From contig CBDAON010000004.1 of NCBI GenBank assembly GCA_965198065.1, forward strand, positions 672,001 through 736,000: a DNA stretch of 64,000 nt. The letters run 5' to 3'. The stretch is from Longimicrobiales bacterium (GTDB lineage Bacteria > Gemmatimonadota > Gemmatimonadetes > Longimicrobiales > Gaopeijiaceae). Made by a program: the position numbers and the translations under genes. Shown piece after piece: positions 1 to 10,061 of this stretch; the stretch's first letter is position 1, and the number at the start of each line of letters is the position of its first letter. Under the pieces are notes generated by a model. It made no database searches and was not told the DNA's origin. It was given only the letters and a program-made list of their open reading frames with translations.

Positions 1-1
1 G

Positions 2-190
2 GCCAGCATTCCAGTCGGCACGGACCCGGATTGGATCACATTCACGCCCGACAATCGCTTCGCTTACGTCGCCAACGCCGTATCCAGGAACGTGACGGCC
101 ATCGACATGCGGACCTACCAGCCGGTCGCGACGATTCCCGTGGGGGAGGGACCGAAGCGGAATGCGGTGATCCGGCTTCCAGCGAGATAG
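2..190 (+). CDS. 3' end of a YVTN/YncE-type beta-propeller repeat protein (partial, runs off window start)
   Basis: Hand translation from nt 2: ASIPVGTDPDWITFTPDNRFAYVANAVSRNVTAIDMRTYQPVATIPVGEGPKRN..*; IPVG..P and AYVAN repeat motifs. Confidence 0.75.
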   Translation, partial: ASIPVGTDPDWITFTPDNRFAYVANAVSRNVTAIDMRTYQPVATIPVGEGPKRNAVIRLPAR

Positions 191-198
191 CTCTCGGG

Positions 199-603
199 AT
201 GATCGGGCGACGCGCGGCGCCCGGCGGGGAAACCGCGACCGGCGAGCGAGCGGGGCCCAGGCGGCTCGTCACTGCTCTCGTTCTTGCGGGCCCCGTCGCC
301 CTGACCGCCTGCGGCGTCGCCCCAGTGACGTCGTCCCGCGGTCCCGCCCCCGGTAGCGCCGCCGCCGACAGCGCCCCTTCGGAGACCGTCGAGGGCGCCG
401 CGATTCTCCAGCGCAGCTGCACGGAGTGTCACGGCCTCGGGGGGCTAACGGCCTATAGCGCGTACTGGGGCGAGCCCGAGTGGCGCTCGATGATCGAGAC
501 CATGGTGGGCTATGGAGCCGTGCTGACCCCGGAGGAGCTGGACGTGCTGGCGCGGTACCTGGGCGTGAACTACGGGACCGCCAGTTCGGAACCGACGCGA
601 TAG
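199..603 (+). CDS. Small c-type cytochrome, probable lipoprotein
   Basis: CxxCH heme motif (CTECH), later Met ligand candidate (MIETM), lipobox-like LTAC after a hydrophobic stretch; start uncertain. Confidence 0.7.
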   Translation: MIGRRAAPGGETATGERAGPRRLVTALVLAGPVALTACGVAPVTSSRGPAPGSAAADSAPSETVEGAAILQRSCTECHGLGGLTAYSAYWGEPEWRSMIETMVGYGAVLTPEELDVLARYLGVNYGTASSEPTR

Positions 604-629
604 GATCCGAGGGGTCGCTCGGGGGAGGA

Positions 630-783
630 CCGCTTCCTCCCATCTCGCCGACGGACGCGCCGCCGGCACCCCTCCCCAGAGCAATTCCTCTTCGAGCAGC
701 TCCCTCAGGTCGATCCCGCCGTGCCGGAGCCGGTCCCCGACTTCGTCTTCCACCGGTCCCTTCCCGACGACTTCGACGCCTGA
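630..783 (+). pseudogene. Degenerate C-terminal tail of an IS91/ISCR-like transposase
   Basis: PPISP.. then (frameshifted) EQFLFEQLPQVDPAVPEPVPDFVFHRSLPDDFDA*, resembling the Pro/acidic tails of IS91-family Y2 transposases; ~260 bp upstream of an oriIS-like end. Confidence 0.45.
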
Positions 784-1040
784 TCACCTCACCCCGAGGT
801 CAGCGACACCCTCGGGCGCGAAGGCGCACTGATTGAGCAGGCGCCGAGATGAGCGGGAATCGCCCAAACCCGGCCGCCGGGGCTCGGGGGTTCACACCCC
901 CCCCACCTATCCCAACATCTCTCCGACCGGTTTCTCCATTTCCCCATCAACCCCGTCCTGCCACAACACCTTCGCGTCTCTCGGCCCGCCCGGGTACCTC
1001 CACCCTCCCTCGTTTGCCCACACGACAGCCCCCGCCGTAG

Positions 1041-1085
1041 CTTCCTTCCCCGCATCGGAGCAGCGTTGGATTTCCTTTCCCTTCC
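1041..1085 (+). repeat. IS91/ISCR oriIS-like end, copy 1
   Basis: CTTCCTTCCCCGCATCGGAGCAGCGTTGGATTTCCTTTCCCTTCC, near-identical to 4994-5039. Confidence 0.55.
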
Positions 1086-1145
1086 GGGTGGCTGCACGTT
1101 CGCGCTTGGCGGTACCGAGTAGTGTAGCCGTTTACCGGAGGTCCT

Positions 1146-2273
1146 TTGACGGGCTGGCCAACGGTCAAGATTCTAACGGTCCTCGGGGCACGCCCACAGT
1201 TCATAAAGGCGGCTTCAGTCACGAGGGTCCTGCGCGCACGCGGCTGGTCGGAGATCATCGTTCACACGGGTCAGCACTACGACGACCGTATGTCAGCCGT
1301 ATTCTTCCGCGAACTGGATCTGCCCGAACCGGACATCAACCTCAAGGTCGGCTCGGGCACGCACGCTTGGCAGACTGCCCAGATGCTGGCTCGGCTCGAG
1401 CCCATCATCGAGTCCGCGTCCCCGGATGTGGTTCTGCTCTACGGCGACACCAATTCGACGCTGGCGGGCGCGCTGGCGGCCTGCAAGCTGGGCGTTCTGG
1501 TGGTCCACATCGAAGCGGGAATGCGGTCGTTCAACCGCAGGCAGCCGGAGGAGCACAATCGGATCGTCACGGATCACCTCTCGGATGTTCTCTTCTGCGC
1601 GACGCAGACGGCTATGAAGAACCTGACCAGGGAGGGTCTGGAGGGTCGAGCGTACCTCGTTGGTGACACGATGCTCGACGCGCTCCTGCACTACATCCCG
1701 ATGGCAGCGTCGCGATCATCGATCCTGGATGAGCTGGGGCTGACGCCGCAACAGTATGTATTCGCTACGGCGCACCGGTCCTACAACGTTGACGATCCAG
1801 ATCAGCTGGCCGCGATTGTTGCCGCGCTGCAGTCCATAGAGGGGGAAGTGATATTCCCGGTGCATCCCAGGACGCGTGCCCGACTCGAGGCCGCCGGCAT
1901 CGTGGTCGATTCACAGGAGAGGGGGCTACGCATAGTCGAGCCGTGTGGCTACCTCGACGCGCTTCAGCTGGAGCGGCATGCGCGAGCCATCGTGACCGAC
2001 TCCGGCGGTGTCCAAAAGGAAGCGTACATGCTTGCCGTGCCGTGCATCGTGATCCGGCCGGAGACGGAGTGGCCCGAGACGCTCAGCGATGTCTGGGGCC
2101 AGCTGGCCGATGTGCGTGACCCCGGGTTCGCGGATCTGATCGCAGCCTGCCAGCCGCTGGTACCGCCTTTGCCGGCGATCTTCGGCGACGGCCAGGCCTC
2201 GGGGCACATCGTGGACCGTCTGGCAGAGGCGATCGCCTCGTCGCGGTCGATTCCACCTCCGAGAGAACCGTAA
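1146..2273 (+). CDS. wecB: UDP-N-acetylglucosamine 2-epimerase (non-hydrolysing)
   Basis: GARPQFIK, HTGQHYD, GDTNST, HIEAGMRS, PEEHNR, TDSGGVQKEA motifs. Confidence 0.93.
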   Translation: MTGWPTVKILTVLGARPQFIKAASVTRVLRARGWSEIIVHTGQHYDDRMSAVFFRELDLPEPDINLKVGSGTHAWQTAQMLARLEPIIESASPDVVLLYGDTNSTLAGALAACKLGVLVVHIEAGMRSFNRRQPEEHNRIVTDHLSDVLFCATQTAMKNLTREGLEGRAYLVGDTMLDALLHYIPMAASRSSILDELGLTPQQYVFATAHRSYNVDDPDQLAAIVAALQSIEGEVIFPVHPRTRARLEAAGIVVDSQERGLRIVEPCGYLDALQLERHARAIVTDSGGVQKEAYMLAVPCIVIRPETEWPETLSDVWGQLADVRDPGFADLIAACQPLVPPLPAIFGDGQASGHIVDRLAEAIASSRSIPPPREP

Positions 2274-2278
2274 CGGGC

Positions 2279-4034
2279 ATGGCGGGGGCCCTGTACCTCG
2301 GCATCAATCTGATGATGGATCCATCGGTCGCGCTGGTGTCGGATGGCGTGGTCCTGGCTTACTCGGAAGAGGAGCGCCACACTCGCATCAAGCACGCGGC
2401 CGGACTGTATCCGCGCCGGGCCTTGAAGTGGTGCCTGAGCCGCGCCGGAGCGACGCTGCAAGACCTGGAAACCGTATCCATTAACTGGGACCTGGAGGCC
2501 TACACCGACGGGCGGATGGCCGCGTTTTACGAGTCGATGCGACGGCGCTACCCGGTGGACGCCGCCACGATCACGTTTCAGCAGCGCAATCTGCGAACGC
2601 GCGAGCTCGGCCAGTATCGCAGGATGCATGAATTTCGAGTGGCGTCGGCTTTTCGCGGAGCCCCGCTTTCCGCGCATATTGGGCTACCCTCACCATTATA
2701 TCCACGCGTTCCACGCGTTCCAGCAATCGCCGTTCGACGAGGCCATCTGCGTCACGGTCGACGGCTCCGGCGATCAGCACTGCACGGTGATCTGGAAGTG
2801 CGGGCACGATGGGATCACTCCGGTGCAAGAGCACGTCATGCCCGACTCTTTGGGCTGGTACTACGCGGCATTCACGGAATACCTCGGTTTCGCGGCCTAT
2901 GACGGTGAATACAAGGTCATGGGGCTCGCGGCCTACGGCGAGTCCGATGCCGCGATCGCGGAGTGCGTCGCGCGAGTGCTGCAGGTGGATGCGGAGAGCG
3001 GTACCTACACGGTCCAGCCCAACTACATTCACTACGGACAGCATTCGTATTCGACACGTCATACCGATGAGCTCGCGGTGGTCATGGGGGCGGAGCCCCG
3101 CCGGCCCGACGAACCCATTACGCATTGGCACGAGAACGTCGCGTTCGCGGTCCAGCGGCGACTGGAGGAGGCCGTTCTCGCCATCCTGATGCCGGTGGTG
3201 CGTAAAACCGGGATTCACAAGGTGTGTCTATCGGGTGGGGTCGCTCTGAATGTGAAGCTGAACAGTCGGATCTTCAGTCACCCCGAGATCGAGGACGTCT
3301 TTGCGCATCCGCTGTGCGCCGACTGCGGAGCGGCGGCCGGCGCCGCGCTGTTCGCGTGCTATCGAGAAACCGGTTCCAAACCGGAACGCCTGCGCTCGCT
3401 GGCCCTCGGGTACGAGGAACCCGAGGACACCATCGAGAGGGTCCTCGAGCAGACGGGAGTGCTCTACGAGCGACCGCCGGACATCTGCGCCGCGGTCGCG
3501 GAGGAGCTTGTTCAGGGTCGGGTTGTCGGCTGGTTCCAGGGACGGATGGAAGCTGGCCCGCGCGCGCTCGGGCAGCGCAGCATCCTGGTCGATCCGAGGC
3601 GGGCCGAGAACCGCGATCGGGTGAACGCAGTCGTGAAGTTCCGAGAATACTGGAGACCTTTCTGCCCGTCCATCAGAACGGAAGCCATGGCGCGATACTT
3701 CGATCGCTACACCGAAGCACCGTTCATGATCATCGCGTTCGATGCGAACGATCGTTTACGTCGTGAGGCTCCCGCGATCGTGCACGTAGATGGTACGTCG
3801 CGTGTACAGGCCGTGCGGGAGGCGGACCATCCACTCTACTACAAGCTGCTGACCGCGTTCGAGGCACGAACGGGCGTACCGGTCGTCTTGAACACGTCAT
3901 TCAACGTCAAAGGCGAGCCGATCGTACGCACGATCACGGATGCGCTAAGAACCTTCTGGTCGACCGGTATCGAGGTCCTGGCAGCTGGTGGTTTCATCGT
4001 GCGTAAGCCTGGTCTCGACAATCGCGGGGGATGA
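2279..4034 (+). pseudogene. Carbamoyltransferase (NodU/CmcH family), split by a +1 frameshift near nt 2633 as sequenced
   Basis: N-part EEERHTRIKH; C-part HHYIHA, VDGSGD, EYKVMGLAAYG, GGVALNVK, GPRALGQRSIL, KFREYWRPF, VHVDGTSRVQ, LNTSFN; GAATTTCGAG has one extra T relative to GAA TTC GAG. Confidence 0.85.
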
Positions 4035-4073
4035 CGCGCTGATCCGTAGGTTTGAGCGTGAGAGGAGACCACG

Positions 4074-4892
4074 TTGTCGCGAGCGTTCGAGTACGATAGC
4101 TACCGGGAGCTCCTGCGGGAGGCTCTGCATCAGGGCAAGCGAGTGGTCGCCTTTCGAGACATGCCGGATTCCGATCCGTTTCTTCTGCTGAGGCACGACA
4201 TCGATTTCTCGATCGAACGCGCCCTCGTCATGGCAAGAATCGAGGAGGCGCTGGGTGTCACCGCAACCTATTTCGTGCTGCTCTCGGCGCCCTACTACAA
4301 CGCGCTGGAGGCTCGCAGCCTGCGAATGCTCCGCGAAATCGTCAGTGCGGGTCACGAGCTTGGACTTCACTACGAGGTGGTGAGTCTCGAGGGGGTCGCC
4401 CGGGATCGCTGGCAGGGCGTGGTCGAGGCGCAATGTGGCGCTCTGAGCGCGGTACTCGAGGTGGAGATCGGCACGGTCGCGCAGCACAAACCGACGCGCG
4501 CGGGGGTGCTCTGGGCACCCCGTGGCTTCCAGGACGCCTACGCGGACGAGTTCGTCGGGCGGATCCCCTACTTGAGCGATAGTCGGATGGTGTTCGACTT
4601 GGAGCAGGCGAGACGGGTGATGAGCTCGAATGCTCGGGTGCAGCTGCTGATTCATCCGATCTGGTGGAGTGAGCGGCCGCGGAATCGGGGCGAGGTGTTC
4701 GGGCAGCTGAGCGACGAGGTCACCGTGCGGCTCGACCGCCAGCTGACCGGCGAGCACGAGGCGATCGAGGCGCGTTTGGACGAAGCCATAGGATCGGGTC
4801 CCCCGCGTGGGAGACCGCCGGTGCCGTACCGAGAAGCCGCGGTTGGCACGTGCCGAAGTGGCTCGGATAAGGCGAGAACCCCCTGGACTTAG
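4074..4892 (+). CDS. Polysaccharide deacetylase-like protein (NodB/GH57-type fold)
   Basis: LLRHDIDF, ATYFV, GHELGLHY, YLSDS, QLLIHPIWW motifs typical of this LPS-cluster family; C-terminal tail may be read-through. Confidence 0.7.
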   Translation: MSRAFEYDSYRELLREALHQGKRVVAFRDMPDSDPFLLLRHDIDFSIERALVMARIEEALGVTATYFVLLSAPYYNALEARSLRMLREIVSAGHELGLHYEVVSLEGVARDRWQGVVEAQCGALSAVLEVEIGTVAQHKPTRAGVLWAPRGFQDAYADEFVGRIPYLSDSRMVFDLEQARRVMSSNARVQLLIHPIWWSERPRNRGEVFGQLSDEVTVRLDRQLTGEHEAIEARLDEAIGSGPPRGRPPVPYREAAVGTCRSGSDKARTPWT

Positions 4893-4993
4893 AAAGACGG
4901 ATGCCAGGAAATGCGGGTCAGCAGACCGATCCCCCCACCGTCAGGTGATCCTCTTCCACCTCGACCTCCCTCACCCGATCGCCCCAGCTCGCA

Positions 4994-5039
4994 CTTCCTT
5001 CCCCCTATCGGAGCAGCATTGGATTTCCTATCCCTTTCC
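4994..5039 (+). repeat. IS91/ISCR oriIS-like end, copy 2
   Basis: CTTCCTTCCCCCTATCGGAGCAGCATTGGATTTCCTATCCCTTTCC; direct repeat of 1041-1085, contains TTCCTAT. Confidence 0.55.
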
Positions 5040-5097
5040 GTCTGGCACCTTCGAGCCGATCCGCCAGATCCTCGCACAGCGCTCGGGAGTTCTGCCG

Positions 5098-5883
5098 CTA
5101 CCCACTCCTATCACCTCGCCGCTCGACTCTTTCGATCATCTCCACATAACCGGCCACGACCCGAGTCTCCCACCCGCCGCCGAGGGCGTCACCGACTCCG
5201 AGCACATCAACGAATAGCGTCTGGAACGCCGCGAGCCTCTCGCGAGGAAGCGACAGCAGCACCTGCTTCTCGAGCCCTTCGATATCCAGCTTCATGACCA
5301 AGTCGCTCGCGTGGAGGTACGCGATGGCCTCGTCCACTATCTCCGCTAATGGCCTGACCCCGACGCGAATCACTTGATCCGACCGCGGGTGTGGCAACAA
5401 TGAGCTGTACTTCCCGTCGGACGAAACGTGGAAGTCCCGCTCCCCGGTCTCACCCACGCCGCAGGCCCCGGCGACGATGGTCGCGCGATCCGCGTACGGC
5501 GCGAGATTCTCTCTCAGGTACGTGAGGTTCGCCGGATCTGGCTCGACGCAGAAGATCCTGTTGCCGCGATGCCGAGACAGGAAGTAGAGCGCACTGATCC
5601 CAACGTTCGAGCCCACATCGAGGACGCCGCACGGCCGTTCCCCCGACAGCGGGTAGTCCTGCCTAACGAAGATCGAAAAGAACGTGCGCGCCGCTTCGTG
5701 GTTGCGCAGATGGACTGAGACCGCGCCGATTGGGGTGCGGGTTCGGAGCGTCGGCGAACCGGATCCCGAGGCGAGGAACCACAGGTACGTGAGCGGATTC
5801 TCGACGACGAGAAACGTCCGCCAGGCCGCCCGACGGCTGTGGGGATTCGCGACAGCACGCAGGAATCGCCTTAGCCTCGACAT
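5098..5883 (-). CDS. FkbM-family methyltransferase
   Basis: VLDVGSNVG, VEPDPAN, MKLDIEGLE motifs. Confidence 0.85.
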   Translation of the reverse strand: MSRLRRFLRAVANPHSRRAAWRTFLVVENPLTYLWFLASGSGSPTLRTRTPIGAVSVHLRNHEAARTFFSIFVRQDYPLSGERPCGVLDVGSNVGISALYFLSRHRGNRIFCVEPDPANLTYLRENLAPYADRATIVAGACGVGETGERDFHVSSDGKYSSLLPHPRSDQVIRVGVRPLAEIVDEAIAYLHASDLVMKLDIEGLEKQVLLSLPRERLAAFQTLFVDVLGVGDALGGGWETRVVAGYVEMIERVERRGDRSG

Positions 5884-6023
5884 GGTTCTACGCCGGCAGG
5901 GCGCGCCTCGGCCCGGGACTACCCGGTACGCAGAATCCGCCTTGCATCCGGTCGGTGCAGCCTTTCCCTACCCCACCGCCCCGTGGCACTTCTTGTACCT
6001 TCCAGGGGTCCTGGCGCGGTGGT

Positions 6024-6134
6024 ATCCAGGGGTACGAAAGGGCGCGGTTAAGCCCTTGTCGGGGTGTCGCGGGAGCTTACGTAGTGACACCCGTACCCCT
6101 GGATGTCAACGGGTTACGGCACAATTACGGCACA
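6024..6134. repeat. 13-bp perfect inverted repeat enclosing two hairpins, plus tandem TTACGGCACA x2
   Basis: ATCCAGGGGTACG (6024-6036) / CGTACCCCTGGAT (6092-6104); TTACGGCACA at 6114-6123 and 6125-6134. Confidence 0.7.
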
Positions 6135-6248
6135 GTGGGGAGACCACACCTCCGCCCGCACCATTCATGAGGCCCTGAAGGGGCAGCATCGCCGCAGTGG
6201 TCGCACGCATGGTCTTGCCTCCCTGTTCAAGGTCGCTAGATGGACATC

Positions 6249-6330
6249 TCACCACGTAATCCCCGGCTCTTCGAGTAACGCCTGGTATCGGGGGTCGTCG
6301 CGGAGGAGGTCCGAGTGGTCCCCTGTTGCG
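6249..6330 (-). pseudogene. C-terminal remnant of a TPR-containing kinase/cyclase-type protein
   Basis: ..DLLRDDPRYQALLEEPGITW*, matching the D.LR.DPRY/F..LL tail of such proteins; no upstream body. Confidence 0.4.
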
Positions 6331-6493
6331 TCGAATAAAGGCCCTGGCCTTGGTTCCATGATGCTCGCCAAGCCACCCGTTAGAAACGTCCAGGTGGGCA
6401 ATGTCGAGCGCGAGCACCTGCCAGGTCCCAGTCCCATGCCGTTCCCAGGGGCTTTCCCACCACCCGACGCGGCGACCGCCGCTTCGAAAGAGT

Positions 6494-7919
6494 CAATCCC
6501 AAAGTTAGTTGAAACTGGAGCGGCCTCCGTCTCAGGCGACAGCATGTGAACGGCTCTCGGGAAGGGTGATCCCGAGGTCCTTCTGGATCGCGGCCCTGAG
6601 GAGCGGGAGGTGTCGGTACCCGAGCAACCTCCGGAGCCGTGACTAGATCTCCAGGAGCGTGGTCGCGAGCCATCGGTGCTTCTGGCTCGAGTTCTTCCAG
6701 TGGTCCACGCGTCCGCACCTCTGCTCGGCCAGGGCGTTCACGGACTCGAGCACGTTGGTGGTCTTGAGCGACTGGCCGACCAGGGGGAAGACTCCCAACC
6801 GGTGGAGGGTGAGGGTCTCCTCGAACCCCTCATCGAGACTGGCCGCCGCGGACTGGTTCACCCCCGCGAGCTCCTGGCGCAGGGCCTTGAGGTCCTTGAC
6901 GGCCTCTTCGTACGTGGGCCGCTGGTAGGCGCGCTGCAGACGCTGGCGCCAGCCCTTCTGCTCCGCTCTCGGCAGATACGAGATCACGTTCTTCCGCTTG
7001 TGCCACTGGCACCGCTGGATGAGCACCTGTCCCTTGAAGACCGCCAGGACGCCGCTCCGGAGACCGCGGGCTCCATCGATCACCACGAGCGCTCCGGCCG
7101 ACAGGTCGAGACCTCGGTCCTTCAGACTCCGAAGGAAGGATCGGATCACCACGGCGTTCTCCGTGTCGGTCTGGACGAACCCGAGGAAGACCTTGTCCCC
7201 CTTGGTCGTCACCCCGAGCGCGACGACCATCTCGTCCTCGGCAAAGCTCTTGCCGTCCAGGACGAGTGCCACCCCACGTCGTAACCCGAGAGGTCCCGCT
7301 CCTGAAACTCCTTCAGCTTCGCGGCCGTGGCCTTCTTGAACTCCCGCGAGACCGTCGACTTCGACAGCCCGATGGCTCCAGGCACCGCCTCGACCGCTGC
7401 CTCGTAGTCCCGGCACGAGATCCCGAGCAGCACCTTCCGAAACAGCCCCTCGTCCATCTCGCCGGGCGAGCCATGCAGCTGCTCATACGCCGCCAGCCTC
7501 GACTCTCCGGCCGGGCCTCGCACCCGCGGTACTCGCACCGGATGCCGCTGGCCGCCCAACCGCACCGACCCTGGGTTATGCCCATGCCGGCAATGTCGAT
7601 CGTCCTCGGTCTTCCTGGCGTGACGTTGCCCCGCCAGTTGCTCCACTTCCTCCTCGAGCATCCGGCCCACCTCCGCCAGTCCCAGCGGAATCAGCTGCCG
7701 GATCAGCTCCACCCGAGGGTCCAGCTCCAGCGCCTCGATCTCCTCCCAACTCACCTCCCTCGGTTCCCCGAGCCGCCGGTCCTTCTTGCCCCCGCTCGAC
7801 GAGCCTTGGCATCCTTCCCATCGGTGGCCTCCTTCCTCTCTTGTGATCCCGTGGTGTGGTCGCACACCCACGTTACCTGAGGTTGGAGGCCGCTTCAATT
7901 TCAACTAAAGATGGGACTC
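6494..7919 (-). mobile_element. IS256-family insertion sequence
   Basis: Imperfect ~40-bp terminal IRs (TCCCAAAGTTAGTTGAAACTGGAGCGGCCTCC vs revcomp TCCCATCTTTAGTTGAAATTGAAGCGGCCTCC); encloses a mutator-type transposase; no target duplication seen. Confidence 0.85.
6643..7820 (-). pseudogene. IS256-family (mutator) transposase, frameshifted near nt 7272
   Basis: GISCRDY, SKSTVSR, LVLDGK, VIDGARGL, QRCQWHK, TTNVLES; G-run GTGGGGTGG has 2 extra bases; start approximate. Confidence 0.85.
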
Positions 7920-7962
7920 ACTCGTCTGAAACGGTGATCACGATGCCGGGTACGCATCGCAC

Positions 7963-8648
7963 GTGACCGACCGTTACGTCACCGCTCGAGAGACGATGGT
8001 TCACGAGCAGGTCGCTGCCCGTGGAATTAACGACCCACGCGTCCTCACCGCCATGCGGGAGGTGCCCAGAGAGCTGTTCCTTCCCGCCGGCCTCGAGACC
8101 GACCCTGCTACTGTGTACCGGGACGCGGCGCAGCCTGTGGGGCGCGGGCAAACCCTGTCACAGCCGTACATGGTGGGGGCGATGAGCGAGGCCCTTCGGC
8201 TCTCGGAGCGGTCCTCGGTACTCGAGGTCGGTACGGGGACGGGGTACCAGACTGCGGTCCTCGCCCGCATCGCCGGCGAGGTCTGGACGGTCGAGCGCGA
8301 CCCGGTCCTTGCACGGGAGGCGAGGGCCCGGCTCAGCGATCTGGGGATCTCGAACCTGCGCTTCCGGATCGGTGACGGAACCCTGGGATGGGACGAGGGA
8401 GCCCCCCCTACGACGCGATCATCGTGACCGCGGGCGCTCCCGACGTGCCCCCGGCCCTCCCGGAGCAGCTCGCCCCGAACGGCCGACTGGTTGTGCCCGT
8501 CGGGCCCCGCTCCTGGCAGCGACTCCTTCGCTTCACGAAGGGGCCGGACGGAGTCATGGGGCTCCCCGAGGCCCTCATGGAGTGCCGCTTCGTTCCTCTC
8601 GTGGGCCGGGCTGGCTGGAAGAGCTGGAAGAAGGGCTGGGTCGTCTAG
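7963..8648 (+). pseudogene. pcm: Protein-L-isoaspartate O-methyltransferase, frameshifted in a C7 run at ~8402-8408
   Basis: VPRELF, GQTLSQPYMV, VLEVGTGTGYQ, GDGTLGW, then PYDAIIVTAG..QL..NGRLVVPVG..CRFVPLVG in the second frame. Confidence 0.88.
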
Positions 8649-8649
8649 G

Positions 8650-9378
8650 CTACTGCACCGCCTGCCGAAGCGCGGCAACCTCGGAAGCGTCGAGCTCCCT
8701 CCACTCGCCGGGCTGGAGGTCCCCGAGTCGGAGCGGTCCGAAAGCGACCCGCCGGAGCCTCCGCACCCGGTGCCCCACGGCCTCGAGGAGCCTGCGAACC
8801 TCGCGCTTCCTGCCCTCCCGGAGGACGAGCGACAGCACGGCCGCATCCGCGCCCGCACGCCGGATCACACGAACGGCCTCGGCCCGGGCGAATCCGTCCT
8901 CGAGCTCGACCCCCGCCTCGAGCGTCCCCAAAGTAGCCGGCTCGGGCACACCACTCACGAGCGCCCGGTACTCCCGGGCCACGCGGGAGGAGGGGTGTGT
9001 CAGCGCGTGGAGGAGGTCGCCCTCGTTCGTGAAGAGGAGGAGGCCTTCGGTGTCTCGATCCAGGCGACCCACGTACCTGAGGGACGCCTCGTCCCGATCC
9101 AGCAGCGAATAGACGGTCGGCCGCCCCTGGGGATCGTCCCGGGTCGTGAGCACCCCCCTTGGCTTGTTCAGGGCAACCCAGCGCAGCGGCTCGAGCCGTA
9201 CCTCCCGCCCATCGAGCTCGACGCGGTCCTGGTCGGGCTCGACCGTAACGCCGAGCGTGCGAACCGTTCGTCCGTTCACCCGGACCCTACCCTGGAGCAG
9301 GAGGTCGTCCGCCTCACGGCGGGACGCGGCCCCGGCCCGCGAGAGAAACTTGTTCAGCCGAATCCCTCGCGCGGTCAT
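8650..9378 (-). CDS. rluB: 23S rRNA pseudouridine synthase (RluB/RsuA family)
   Basis: S4 domain RLNKFLS..SRREAD; LNKPRG; VGRLDRDTEGLLLFTN; EGRKREVRR; scpAB context. Confidence 0.88.
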   Translation of the reverse strand: MTARGIRLNKFLSRAGAASRREADDLLLQGRVRVNGRTVRTLGVTVEPDQDRVELDGREVRLEPLRWVALNKPRGVLTTRDDPQGRPTVYSLLDRDEASLRYVGRLDRDTEGLLLFTNEGDLLHALTHPSSRVAREYRALVSGVPEPATLGTLEAGVELEDGFARAEAVRVIRRAGADAAVLSLVLREGRKREVRRLLEAVGHRVRRLRRVAFGPLRLGDLQPGEWRELDASEVAALRQAVQ

Positions 9379-10061
9379 TCGTTCGGGGCGCCTCCCGGAG
9401 CGGGTGGGGCCTCGGGCCGACCGTTCGGACCCACGGCTTCGGCGGCCGTTCCGGACGCGACCTCGTCTTTGTCCACGTCCCGCGCATCGAACAGAGGGCC
9501 GTAGTCGGCGCGCTCGATCTCGCGCAGCGGTGCGGAGCGATCCCCAAGCACGATGGGGAGGTCCTCCGGGCGGGGCAGGTCCGCGAGCGACGCGAACCCG
9601 AAGTGCTCGAGGAACCGCCTCGTGGTCCCGTAGAGGAGCGGCCGGCCGATCCCCTCCGCCCGACCGACGGTCTCGATCATCCCACGGTCCTGGAGCGTGC
9701 GGATGACTCCGACGGCCCCGACGCCGCGAATGTACTCGATCTCGATCCGGTCGATGGGCTGGCGATAGGCGATGATGGCCAGCGTCTCGAGCGAGGGACC
9801 GGACAGGCGGGACGATCTCGGAACCGTGTCGAACCGCTCCAGGTAGGGTGCGAACTCCGGCCGGGTCAGGATCTGGTATCCATCCGCCACCTCAACGAGG
9901 TCGAACGCGCGCTCCTGTTCCTGATACTGTGACCGGAGGAGGCGCACGGCTTCCTCCACCGCGTCCTCGTCCAGAATCTCGTCCGCACGGGCGATCTCCT
10001 CTGCGCTGAGAGGAGCGTCGCTCGCGAAGAGCACGGCTTCCACGATCTGCTCGGTCCTCAC
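9375..10061 (-). CDS. scpB: SMC-ScpAB complex subunit ScpB
   Basis: VEAVLFAS, LETLAIIAYRQP, IEYIRGV, GRPLLYGTT..FLEHFG. Confidence 0.92.
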   Translation of the reverse strand: MRTEQIVEAVLFASDAPLSAEEIARADEILDEDAVEEAVRLLRSQYQEQERAFDLVEVADGYQILTRPEFAPYLERFDTVPRSSRLSGPSLETLAIIAYRQPIDRIEIEYIRGVGAVGVIRTLQDRGMIETVGRAEGIGRPLLYGTTRRFLEHFGFASLADLPRPEDLPIVLGDRSAPLREIERADYGPLFDARDVDKDEVASGTAAEAVGPNGRPEAPPAPGGAPNE

